A stretch of 64,000 nt of DNA from Octopus sinensis. Lineage: Eukaryota. Positions 52,201 to 63,599 of this stretch are shown here, piece by piece (the first letter of the stretch is position 1; every line of letters begins with the position of its first letter). The position numbers and the translations under genes were made by a program. The DNA lies in contig NC_043025.1 of NCBI RefSeq assembly GCF_006345805.1, forward strand, positions 11,098,001 through 11,162,000, in the 5' to 3' direction. The notes beneath the pieces were generated by a model, which did no database searches, was not told where the DNA came from, and saw nothing but the letters and a program-made list of their open reading frames with translations.

Positions 52201-55200
52201 TGCATCCTTCAAAACTTCCATGCTTCCTGAGATTCGCCAACACTACACCTGATCTTCTCCCCTCCATACACACGCTGAAGCATGGAACAAACTGCCGGCA
52301 TCAGTTGTTAGTTGTCGGAGCACTGCATCTCTCCTTGAAAACTTCCATGCTTCCTGAGATTCGCCAACACTACACCTGATTTTCTCCCCCCATACACACG
52401 CTGAAGCATGGAACAAACTGCCGGCATCAGTTGTTAGTTGTCGGAGCACTGCATCCTTCAAAACTTCCATGCTTCCTGAGATTCGCCAACACTACACCAA
52501 CACTACCATGCTTCTCCCCCTCCATACACACGCTGGCATGGAACAAACTGCTGCGGACATCAGTTGTTAGTTGTCGGAGCACTGCATCCTTCAAAACTTC
52601 CATGCTTCCTGAGATCGCCAACACTACACCTGATCTTCTCCCCTCCATACACACGCTGAAGCATGGAACAAACTGCCGGCATCAGTTGTTAGTGTCGGAG
52701 CACTGCATCCTTCAAAACTTCCATGCTTCCTGAGATTCGCCAACACTACACCTGATTTTCTCCCCTCCATACACACGCTGAAGCATGGAACAAACTGCCG
52801 GCATCAGTTGTTTTTGTCGGAGCACTGCATCCTTCAAAACTTCCATGCTCCTGAGATTCGCCAACACTACACCTGATCTCCTCCCCTCCATACACACGCT
52901 GAAGCATGGAACAAACTTGCCGGCATCAGTTGTTAGTTTTCGGAGCACTGCATCCTTCAAAACTTCCATGCTTTCTGAGATTCGCCACACTACACCTGAT
53001 CTTCTCCCCTCCATACACACGCTGAAGCATGGAACAAACTGCCTGGCATCAGTGTTAGTTGTCGGAGCACTGCATCCTTGAAAACTTCCATGCTTCCTGA
53101 GATTCGCCAACACTACACCTGATTTTCTCCCCTCCATACACACGCTGAAGCATGGAACAACTGCCGGCATCAGTGTTAGTTAGTCGAGCACTGCATCCTT
53201 AAAACTTCCATGCTTCCTGAGATTCGCCAACACTACACCTGATTTCCTCCCCTCCATACACACGCTGAAGCATGAACAAACTGCCGGCATCAGTGTTAGT
53301 TGTCGGAGCACTGCATCCTTCAAAACTTCCATGCTTCCTGAGATTCGCCAACACTACACCTGATCTCCTCCTCCCCTCCATACACACACGCTGAAGCATG
53401 GAACAAACTGCCGATCATCAGTTGTTAGTTTTCGGAGCACTGCATCCTTCAAAACTTCCATGCTTCTGAGATATCGCCAACACTACACCTGATCTTCTCC
53501 CCTCCATACACACACGCTGAAGCATGGAACAACTGCCGGCATCAGTTGTTAGTTGTCGGAGCACTGCATCCTTCAAAACTTCATGCTGCTCCTGAGATTC
53601 GCCAACACTACACACCTGATCTTCTCCCCTCCATACACACGCTGAAGCATGGAACAAACACCAGGCATCTGTTGTTAGTTGTCGGAGCACTGCATCCTTC
53701 AAAACTTCATGCTTCCGAGATTCACCAACACTACAACACTGATCTTCTCCCCCCCTCCATACACATGCTGAAGCATGGAACAAACTGCCGGCCGCATCAG
53801 TTGTTAGTTTTCGGAGCACGCATCCTTCAAAACTTCCATGCTTCCTGAGATTCGCCAACACTACACCTGATTCTTCTCCCTCCATACACACGCTGAAGCA
53901 TGGAACAAACTACCGGCATCAGTTGTTAGTTGTCGGAGCACTGCATCCTTCAAAACTTCCATGCTTCCTGAGATTCGCCAACACTACACCTGATCTTCTC
54001 CCTCCATACACACGCTGAAGCATGGAACAAACTGCCGGCATCAGTGTTAGTTGTCGGAGCACTGCATCCTTCAAAAACTCCATGCTTCCTGAGATTCGCC
54101 AACACTACACCTGATCTTCTCCCCTCCATACACACGCTGAAGCATGGAACAAACTGCCGGCATCAGTTGTTAGTTGTCGGAGCACTGCATCCTTCAAAAC
54201 TTCCATGCTTCCTGAGATTCGCCAACACTACACCTGATCTTCTCCCCTCCATACTCACGCTGAAGCATGGAACAAACTGCCGGCATCAGTTGTTAGTTGT
54301 CGGAGCACTGCATCCTTCAAAACTTCCATGCTTCCTGAGATTCGCCAACACTACACCTGATCTTCTCCCCTCCATACTCACGCTGAAGCATGGAACAAAC
54401 TGCCGGCATCAGTTGTTAGTTGTCGGAGCACTGCATCCTTCAAAACTTCCATGCTTCCTGAGATTCGCCAACACTACACCTGATTTTCTCCCCTGCATAC
54501 ACAAGCTGAAGCATGGAACAAACTGCCGGCATCAGTTGTTAGTTGTCGGAGCACTGCATCCTTCAAAACTTCCATGCTTCCTGAGATTCGCCAACACTAC
54601 ACCTGATTTTCTCCCCTGCATACACAAGCTGAAGCATGGAACAAACTGCCGGCATCAGTTGTTAGTTGTCGGAGCACTGCATCCTTCAAAACTTCAAAAC
54701 TTCCATGCTTTCTGAGATTCGCCAACACTACACCTGATCTTCTCCCCTCCATACACATGCTGAAGCATGGAACAAACTGCCGGCATCAGTTGTTAGTTGT
54801 CGGAGCACTGCATCCTTCAAAACTTCAAAACTTCCATGCTTTCTGAGATTCGCCAACACTACACCTGATCTTCTCCCCTCCATACACATGCTGAAGCATG
54901 GAACAAACTGCCGGCATCAGTTGTTAGTTGTCGGAGCACTGCATCCTTCAAAACTTCAAAACTTCCATGCTTTCTGAGATTCGCCAACACTACACCTGAT
55001 CTTCTCCCCTCCATACACACACTGAAGCATGGAACAAACTGCCGGCATCAGTTGTTGGTTGTTGGAGCACTGCATCCTTCAAAACTTCCATGCTTCCTGA
55101 GATTCGCCAACACTACACCTGATCTTCTTCCCTCCATACACACGCTGAAGCATGGAACAAACTGCCGGCATTAGTTGTTAGTTGTCGGAGCACTGCATCC

Positions 55201-55640
55201 TTCAAAACTTCCATGCTTCCTGAGATTCGCCAACACTACACCTGATCTTCTCCCCTCCATACACACGCTGAAGCATGGAACAAACTGCCGGCATCAGTTG
55301 TTAGTTGTCGGAGCACTGCATCCTTCAAAACTTCCATGCTTTCTGAGATTCGCCAACACTACACCTGATCTTCTCCCCTCCATACACACGCTGAAGCATG
55401 GAACAAACTGCCGGCATCAGTTGTTAGTTGTCGGAGCACTGCATCCTTCAAAACTTCCATGCTTTCTGAGATTCGCCAACACTACACCTGATCTTCTCCC
55501 CTCCATACACACGCTGAAGCATGGAACAAACTGCCGGCATCAGTTGTTAGTTGTCGGAGCACTGCATCCTTCAAAACTTCCATGCTTCCTGAGAGATTCG
55601 CCAACACTACACCTGATCTTCTCCTCCCCTCCATACACAC
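43205..55640 (+). repeat. 123-bp satellite (~100 copies; some 131-bp variants) derived from the end of CR1 ORF2
   Basis: Unit encodes AEAWNKLPASVVSCRSTASFKTSMLPEIRQHYT* plus ~20 nt of UTR; 131-bp variants carry an 8-bp duplication (cttcaaaa). Confidence 0.93.
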
Positions 55641-55775
55641 ACAAGCATGTATCTGACTCATGCATTGTTCGCTTTCCAGACATTTGTACATTACTGCATA
55701 TGCTTTATATGCACTTTGGACAAGTTGTGGTGCACCTGAGCACTGTATACAATAATTTCATTATATTATATTGTA
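55640..55775 (+). mobile_element. Probable single-copy CR1 3' UTR and (ATTAT)-type tail closing the satellite
   Basis: After the last unit the sequence continues into non-repeated acaagcatgtatctg...caataatttcattatattatatt. Confidence 0.6.
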
Positions 55776-56115
55776 TCAAAAGAGAGTTGAATGTGTGTGT
55801 GTGTATGAGTATGTGTGTGCATTTATATGTGTATGTATATGAGAGAGTTGAGTGTGTATGCATATAAGTTCCTGCATGATTGTGTGTGCATGTTTGTATT
55901 TGTGCATGGGTTTGTGTGTGTGTGCATTCACGTGAACGCAATTGTGTGCGCTTAAGTATGCACAAAGAAAGGCTTGTCTATATGTGTCTGACTATGTATG
56001 TGGGCGTGTCATTCTCTAAATGGACAAAAGACAAGACAAAATAACAATATTTATAAATAATAACATCAAAGACCATATTCACACGACAAGGTGTAAAAAA
56101 AACTGGCATGACAAA

Positions 56116-56515
56116 TCTTTATATATAAAAGAGAGGTTGTGTGCTGACTGTCTCCTACGATTTAGATTCCTAACTACTCCCACATTTTGCGGTGCAGTTT
56201 AACCGAAAGCGAGTATCTTATAGTCGTGATTCATATCGAGCCCTTCTGGGTATTAGCGCGCGTCTACGATGAGTCTACGATTTAAAAAAAAAATTACCAT
56301 CAATTTTTCCCATTTTTAATGCATTTTTTTGCTATTATATAAGGGAAGTAACTCTCTAAAAATGTATTATTAAATCTCAGAACGTAAAAAGCTACAGTAA
56401 CACACCCCCCCTTTGTGGTTAGCCATATTGAGATGGCTATTATATTTACATCTCTAAAAATGCTTATATAGTTATTTCCCTTACAAACCCGAGCAACGCC
56501 GGGCGATACTGCTAG
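56116..56515 (+). mobile_element. Complete non-autonomous Helitron (400 bp), second subfamily
   Basis: A|TCTTTATATATAAAAG...cccgagcaacgccggg-cgatactg-CTAG|T; shares the 3' part with 28897-29268 but has a different 5' part. Confidence 0.85.
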
Positions 56516-56680
56516 TGATAAATAAAACAAAAGAGATATCTTACAAGTTTTTCATTAATCCCATAGAGTTTACAGACAGGAAAAGCATTGTGTATCGGTT
56601 CAGCACAAAGCAACGAAGGTCTGTATATATGTGTGTGAGTGTGTGTTGTTGTGAGGGTTTTGTGTGCAAACAAGTTTAAC

Positions 56681-58130
56681 ATGGAAAAGAGAACATCAAC
56701 TTAACAGTGTATAATCATAAATGGAAGAGCAAGCCTTCTTCTATCTACCGCTGCGGGGTCTCGGAGGAGATAGTATTAGTTGAAGGCTACCAAACCTGCC
56801 ACACACAGACAACTTCAGCTTTATATATATATATATATACTAGCAGTATTGCCTGGCGCTGCTCGGGTTTGCTTCGACCCTTTAGAATTGGAATTTTTGA
56901 AAAGTAAAGATTTTGCATTATGTAGCTGGTTATGGAAAAGAGAACATCATTCTTAACAGTGTAATCATAAATGGAAGAGCAAGCCTTCTTCTATCTACCG
57001 CTGCGGGGTCTCGGAGGAGATAGTATTAGTTGAAGGCTACCAAACCTGCCACACACAGACAACTTCAGCTTTATATATATATATATATATATATATACTA
57101 GCAGTATTGCCTGGCGCTGCTCGGGTTTGCTTCGACCCTTTAGAATTGGAATTTTTGAAAAGTAAAGATTTTGCATTATGTAGCTGGTTATGGAAAAGAG
57201 AACATCAACTTAACAGTGTATAATCATAAATGGAAGAGCAAGCCTTCTTCTATCTACCGCTGTGGGGTCTCGGAGGAGATAGTATTAGTTGAAGGCTACC
57301 AAACCTGCCACACACAGACAACTTCAGCTTTATATATATATATATATATATACTAGCAGTATTGCCTGGCGCTGCTCGGGTTTGCTTCGACCCTTTAGAA
57401 TTGGAATTTTTGAAAAGTAAAAATTTTGCATTATGTAGCTGGTTGAAATACACCGAAAAATGGTGACACAGCAGTCAAAAATCGTAAAAAATAGGGATTT
57501 TCATAGAAAAAATCACCTTTTTGATGTAAATAATTATTGGTGTTAACATGGTCCGATTTGAATGTTTTCTTCTACGGAAGGAAGAGCGGATCTTTTCATT
57601 TCCAAGGCCTGTTTTGTCAGATGCTTCTAGTTAACTATTGAGACGGAGTAAATAATATGAAGCTAAAAGACCGAATACCATTGGTTAAAATTCTAATTAT
57701 TAAACAAAGTTAAACTTTGAAATTACAATTCCGTTTTCATTCTGGTTTACAATTATGTTTTCTTTTGACACATTCTACCAGTATACGAAGTTTCAAATTG
57801 TTTGGTTAAGTAGGAAAAATCTGAAAAAACAGGCCTTGGAAATGAAAAGATCCGGAAGAGCAAGCCTTCTTCTATCATACTTTCAATTTTGGTCAACTTG
57901 CGCTGCGGGGTCTCGGAGGAGATAGTATTAGTTGAAGGCTACCAAACCTGCCACACACAGACAACTTCAGCTTTATATATATATATACAAGCAGTATTGC
58001 CTGGCGCTGCTCAGGTTTGCTTCAACCCTTTAGAATTGGAACTTTTGAAAAGTAAAAATTTTGCATTATGTAGCTGGTTGAAATACACCGAAAAATGGTG
58101 ACACAGCAGTAAAAAATCGTCAAAAATAGG
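56681..58130 (-). mobile_element. Head-to-tail Helitron concatemer (spacings 258, 255 and 635 bp)
   Basis: Minus-strand 3' ends (cccgagcagcgccaggcaatactgCTAG) at 56840, 57098, 57353 and a degenerate one at 57988; each abuts (TA)n-AAAGCTGAAGTTG of the next copy. Confidence 0.75.
57588..57853. mobile_element. MITE (266 bp) with ~34-bp TIRs GGATCTTTTCATTTCCAAGGCCTG... and 8-bp TSD GGAAGAGC, nested in a Helitron
   Basis: TSD at 57580-57587 and 57854-57861; neighbouring short units have a single GGAAGAGC. Confidence 0.9.
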
Positions 58131-58144
58131 GACTCACGCCATTA

Positions 58145-60223
58145 TGTTTCTTTACTACCCACAAGGGGCTAAACACAGAGGGGACAAACAAGGACAGACA
58201 TAGGTATTAAGTCGATTACATCGACCCCAGTGCGTAACTGGTACTTATTTAATCGACCCCGAAAGGATGAAAGGCAAAGTCGACCTCGGCGGAATTTGAA
58301 CTCAGAACGTAGCAGCAGACAAAATACCAATTTCTTTACTACCCACCAGGGGCTAAACACAGAGAGGACAAGCAAGGACAGACATAGGTATTAAGTCGAT
58401 TACATCGACCCCAGTGCATAACTGGTACTTATTTAATCGACCCCGAAAGGATGAAAGGCAAAGTCGACCTCGGCGGAATTTGAACTCAGAACGTAGCGGC
58501 AGACAAAATACCAATTTCTTTACTATCCACCAGGGGCTAAACACAGAGGGGACAAGCAAGGACAGACATAGGTATTAAGTCGATTACATCGACCCCAATG
58601 CGTAACTGGTACTTATTTAATCGACCCCGAAAGGATGAAAGGCAAAGTCGACCTCGGCGGAATTTGAACTCAGAACTTAGCGGCAGACAAAATACCAATT
58701 TCTTTACTACCCACCAGGGGCTAAACACAGAGAGGACAAGCAAGGCCAGACATAGGTATTAAGTCGATTACATCGACCCCAGTGCGTAACTGGTACTTAT
58801 TTAATCGACCCCGAAAGGATGAAAGGCAAAGTCGACCTCGGCGGAATTTGAACTCAGAACGTAGCAGCAGACAAAATACCAATTCTTTACTACCCACCAG
58901 GGGCTAAACACAGAGAGGACAAGCAAGGACAGACATAGGTATTAAGTCGATTACATCGACCCCAGTGCATAACTGGTACTTATTTAATCGACCCCGAAAG
59001 GATGAAAGGCAAAGTCGACCTCGGCGGAATTTGAACTCAGAACGTAGCGGCAGACAAAATACCAATTTCTTTACTACCCACAGGGGCTAAACACAGAGGG
59101 GACAAGCAAGGACAGACATAGGTATTAAGTCGATTACATCGACCCCAATGCGTAACTGGTACTTATTTAATCGACCCCGAAAGGATGATGAAAGGCAAAG
59201 TCGACCTCTCGGCGGAATTTGAACTCAGAACTTAGCGGCAGACAAAATACCAATTTCTTTACTACCACCAGGGGCTAAACACAGAGAGGACAAGCAAGGA
59301 CAGACATAGGTATTAAGTCGATTACATCGACCCCAGTGCGTAACTGGTACTTATTTAATCGACCCCGAAAGGATGAAAGGCAAAGTCGACCTGGGCGGAA
59401 TTTGAACTCAGAACGTAGCGGCAGACGAAATACCAATTTCTTTACTACCCACCAGGGGTTAAACACAGAGAGGACAAGCAAGGACAGACATAGGTATTAA
59501 GTCAATTACATCGACCCCAGTGCGTAACTGGTACTTATTTAATCGACCCCGAAAGGATGAAAGGCAAAGTCGACGTCGGCGGAATTTGAACTCAGAACGT
59601 AGCGGCAGACGAAATACCAATTTCTTTACTACCCACCAGGGGTTAAACACAGAGAGGACAAGCAAGGACAGACATAGGTATTAATTCGATTACATCGACC
59701 CCAGTGCGTAACTGGTACTTATTTAATCGACCCCAAAAGGATGAAAGGCAAAGTCGACCTGGGCGGAATTTGAACTCAGAACGTAGCAGCAGACGAAATA
59801 CCAATTTCTTTACTACCCACCAGGGGCTAAACACAGAGAGGACAAGCAAGGACAGACATAGGTATTAATTCGATTACATCGACCCCAGTGTGTAACTGGT
59901 ACTTATTTAATCGACTCCGAAAGGATGAAAGGCAAAGTCGACCTGGGCGGAATTTGAACTCAGAACGTAGCAGCAGACGAAATACCAATTTCTTTACTAC
60001 CCACCAGGTGTTAAACACAGAGAGGACAAGCAAGGATAGACATAGGTATTAAGTCAATTACATCGACCCCAGTGCGTAACTGGTACTTATTTAATCGACC
60101 CCGAAAGGATGAAAGGCAAAGTCGACGTCGGCGGAATTTGAACTCAGAACATAACGGCAGATGAAATATCACTAAGCATTTCACCCAGCGTGCTAACGAT
60201 TCTGCCAGCTCGCCGCCTTACCA
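58145..60223 (-). mobile_element. tRNA-SINE with one head and 11 tandem 184-bp body units, bounded by one 15-bp TSD
   Basis: GGACTCACGCCATTA at 58130-58144 and 60224-60238; head aaggcggcgagctggcagaatcgttag... only at the right end; body contains gcctttcatcctttcggggtcgattaaataagtaccag. Confidence 0.9.
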
Positions 60224-60351
60224 GGACTCACGCCATTAGCCACAATCGAAACCGCGTTCTTACGACCGCGAGACTGCTGCCCTAACCACTGGGCCATTGC
60301 GCCTCCACTAGTTGTTGCTGTTGTTCTTGTTGTCATCTCTGATATTATTGT

Positions 60352-60690
60352 CGTAGGATCGCGGTTTCGATTCCCAGACCGGGCGTTGTGAGTGTTTATT
60401 GAGCGAAAACACCTAAAAAGCTCCACGAGGCTCCGGCAGGGGATGGTGGTGATCCCTGCTGTACTCTTTCACCGCAACTTTCTCTCACTCTTCTTTCCTG
60501 TTTCTGTTGTGCCTGTATTTCAAAGGGCCGGCCTTGTCACTCTCTGTGTCACGCTGAACATCCCCGAGAACTACGTTAAGGGTACACGTGTCTGTGGAGT
60601 GCTCAGCCACTTACACGTTAATTTCACGAGCAGGCTGTTCCGTTGATTTGGTTCAACCGGAACCCTCGTCGTTGTAACCGACGGAGTGCT
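60352..60690 (+). mobile_element. tRNA-SINE (280-family) lacking its A box; an inverted head fragment lies at 60243-60308
   Basis: Body and tail match the 29868-31098 array; the tail also matches 27095-27422. Confidence 0.85.
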
Positions 60691-60795
60691 TCCACACTAT
60701 ATTTCCAACCATGTTGTAACTGAAGCTGTTGTCTTTCCAAATATCCTTTAACTGAAATATCCTTTAACTGATTATTCTCGAAACAATTGGCCCTG

Positions 60796-61427
60796 GGCGA
60801 TTTTTCAGTACAAGTGTCAATTATAAACCCACATGGGTTTATTTACATTTCTGAAGAAAAAAGAAACCCTTTTCCCCCACCCTATCCCTAACCCAAACCG
60901 TAACTGTAACCCTAACCCTATCCCTAACCCAAACCGTAACTATAACCCTAACCCAAACCGTAACTGTAACCCTAACCCTATCCCTAACCCAAACCGTAAC
61001 TGTAACCCTAACCCTATCCCTAACCCAAACCGTAACTCTAACCCTAACCCAAACCGTAACTGTAACCCTAACCCTATCCCTAACCCAAACCGTAACTGTA
61101 ACCCTAACCCTATCCCTAACCCAAACCGTAACTGTAACTCTAACCCTATCCCTAACCCAAACCGTAACTGTAACTCTAACCCAAACCGTAACTGTAACTC
61201 TAACCCAAACCGTAACTGTAACCCTAACCCAAACCGTAACTCTAACCCTAACCCTATCCCTAACCCAAACCGTAACTGTAACCCTAACCCTATCCCTAAC
61301 CCAAACCGTAACTGTAACCCTAACCCAAACCGTAACTCTAACCCTAACCCTATCCCTAACCCAAACCGTAACTGTAACCCTAACCCTATCCCTAACCCAA
61401 ACCGTAACTCTAACCCTAACCATCGCC
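60796..61427. mobile_element. Element with GGCGAT...ATCGCC ends and 9-bp TSD TTGGCCCTG, filled with variant telomeric hexamers
   Basis: TSD at 60787-60795 and 61428-61436; ~60880-61420 is made of CCCTAA, CCCAAA, CCGTAA, CTGTAA, CCCTAT and CTCTAA hexamers. Confidence 0.8.
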
Positions 61428-62024
61428 TTGGCCCTGCTTTCAAGGACACCTTCATCTCTGTTCATTTACTCTTTTATTCATTTGACTGTGGCCATGCTGG
61501 AGCACTGCCTTTAGTCAAGCAAATCGACCCCAGGACTTTTTCTTTCGAAGCCTAGTACTTATTCTATCAGTCTCTTTTTGCCGAACCACTAAGTTACGGG
61601 GACGTAAACACACCAGCATCGGTTGTCAAACGATGTTGGGGGGACAAACACAGACACATAAACATATACATACACATATATATATATATATATACACATA
61701 TAAATATGTATGTATATATATATATACTTTATTTAAAAGCAGCAGAAATTCAACAAAACCTGTTACGCGGAGTTTTACGTTCACGTTCGTCGGAGAGTTT
61801 TTGTTAGAATAGAACCGATATGCCAATTCTATCAAGACTTCATGGAGCTTTAGGTGTTTTGCTCAAAAAACCCTCACAATGCCCACTCTGGGAATCGAAA
61901 CCGCGATCCTACGACCGCGATCCTACGACCACGAATCCGCTGCTCTAACCACTGGGCCATTGCACCTCCACAAACCCCCACCCCCAACACATGTATATAT
62001 ACATACGACAGGTTTACTCTTACT

Positions 62025-62242
62025 CTTTTACTCTTTTAATTGTTTCAGTCATTTGACTGCGGCCATGCTGGAGCACCGCCTTTAGTCGAGCAAATCGACC
62101 CCAGGACTTATTCTTTGTAAGCCCAGTACTTATTCTATCGGTCTCTTATGCCGAACCGCTAAGTGACGGGGACGTAAACACACCAGCATCGGTTGTCAAG
62201 CAATGCTAGGGGGACAAACACAGACACACAAACACATACACA

Positions 62243-62290
<48 letters not shown>

Positions 62291-62635
62291 TACGACGGGC
62301 TTCTTTCAGTTTCCATCTACCAAATCCACTCACAAGGCATTGGTCGGCCCGGGGCTATAGCAGAAGACACTTGCCTAAGATGCCACGCAGTGGGACTGAA
62401 CCCGGAACCATGTGGTTGGTAAGCAAGCTACTTACCACACAGCCACTCCTGCATATATATACATATATACGACGGGCTTCTTTCAGTTTCCGTCTACCAA
62501 ATCCACTCACAAGGCATTGGTCGGCCCGGGGCTATAGCAGAAGACACTTGCCCAAGATGTCACGCAGTGGGACTGAACCCGGAACCATGTGGCTGGTTAG
62601 CAAGCTACTTACCACACAACCACTCCTACGCCTCT
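62025..62635 (-). mobile_element. 177-family SINE: tail, (TA)n and two tandem heads
   Basis: Reverse complement of the head x2 plus tail arrangement. Confidence 0.85.
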
Positions 62636-62894
62636 CAGGTTTCTCTCAGTTTCCACCTACCTAATCCTCCCTCAAGGCTTTGGTTGGTCTAAGAATATAG
62701 TAGAACACGCACGGCCCAAGGAACCACACAGTGAGACCATGCGATTGAGAAGCAAGCTTCTTACCTCACGACTGTCTTGAAACAAAGAAAAGGAAAAAAG
62801 ATACATTAAATAGATAAAAAATTCGTGTTCGTTTTCTACTGATTTTATTTCTGTATCCAACATTATGTGCAACAATCGACAGGCAAGGAATTTT

Positions 62895-63599
62895 GGATCT
62901 TTAAGGTTTGGACGGCAGTTTTTTTTTTTCTAGCGGTGTCATATGAAATTGTCACCATAATTATGACCCTAGTATCGATCTAGTGCATTTCAATCTGTTT
63001 TAGGGTTAGGGTTAGAGTTAGGGTTAGTTAGGGTTAGGGGATCTTTTCGATTTGAACGGCAGTTTTTTCTAGCAGTGTCATATGAAATTGTCACCCATAA
63101 TTATGACCCTAGTATCGATGTATTGCATTTCAATCTGTTTTAGGGTTAGGGTTAGAGTTAGGGTTAGTTAGGGTTAGGGTTAGGGGATCTTTTCGGTTTG
63201 AACGGCAGTTTTCTTCTAGCGGTGTCATATGAAATTGTCACCCATAATTATGACCCTAGTATCGATCTAGTGCATTACAATCTGTTTTAGGGTTAGGGGT
63301 GGGGGGAAGGATATCTTTTTTTTCTTTACAAATGTAAATAAACCCAATCTGTTTCTTAAACGAGGGACATATTCATACGGCACAGAATGTTTTTTTACCT
63401 CAATGGACGTCACTGATTGGTTGAAATTGCAGAAATTGAAGAAAAAAAACCAACAAATATCTTACAAACCATAGAATTTTCTCAATAAAGCCAAGAGAAA
63501 AAAATGTTTTATAAACACATTCTACCAGTATAAGAAGTTTAAAAGTGTTTAGTTGCGTGGAAATTATTTTTAAAAACTGCCGCTCAACCGAAAAGATCT
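62895..63599. mobile_element. TIR element (GGATCTTT...) with 8-bp TSD GGAATTTT, carrying TTAGGG repeats in a triplicated left end
   Basis: TSD at 62887-62894 and 63600-63607; left ggatctttaaggtttggacggcagtttt vs right aaaaactgccgctcaaccgaaaagatct; three ~146-bp units, the first two ending in long ttagggttagggttagagttaggg runs. Confidence 0.85.

Noticed and set aside
47000-54000. High indel diversity in mid-array as biological degeneration
   Set aside because: Scattered 1-3 bp indels not shared by neighbours look like low-coverage long-read consensus error; cannot be interpreted without raw reads.
43205-60223. Regularly spaced repeats as CRISPR arrays
   Set aside because: No unique spacers, no cas genes, eukaryotic context; units are retroposon-derived.
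2127-62664. Long ORFs such as MPRSGTEPRTMWLVSKLLTTQP..., LKHGTNCRHQLLVV..., PPTQVPDEAG..., CPCEGQCLKGTQ..., NPNPNRNC... and poly-F/K/V/T ORFs
   Set aside because: They are translations of tandem repeats whose unit length is a multiple of 3, open in several frames or strands, with no splice or codon support.
60880-63300. True chromosome end or telomere fusion site
   Set aside because: Both telomere-like tracts lie within TSD-bounded elements and ordinary repeat sequence continues beyond them.
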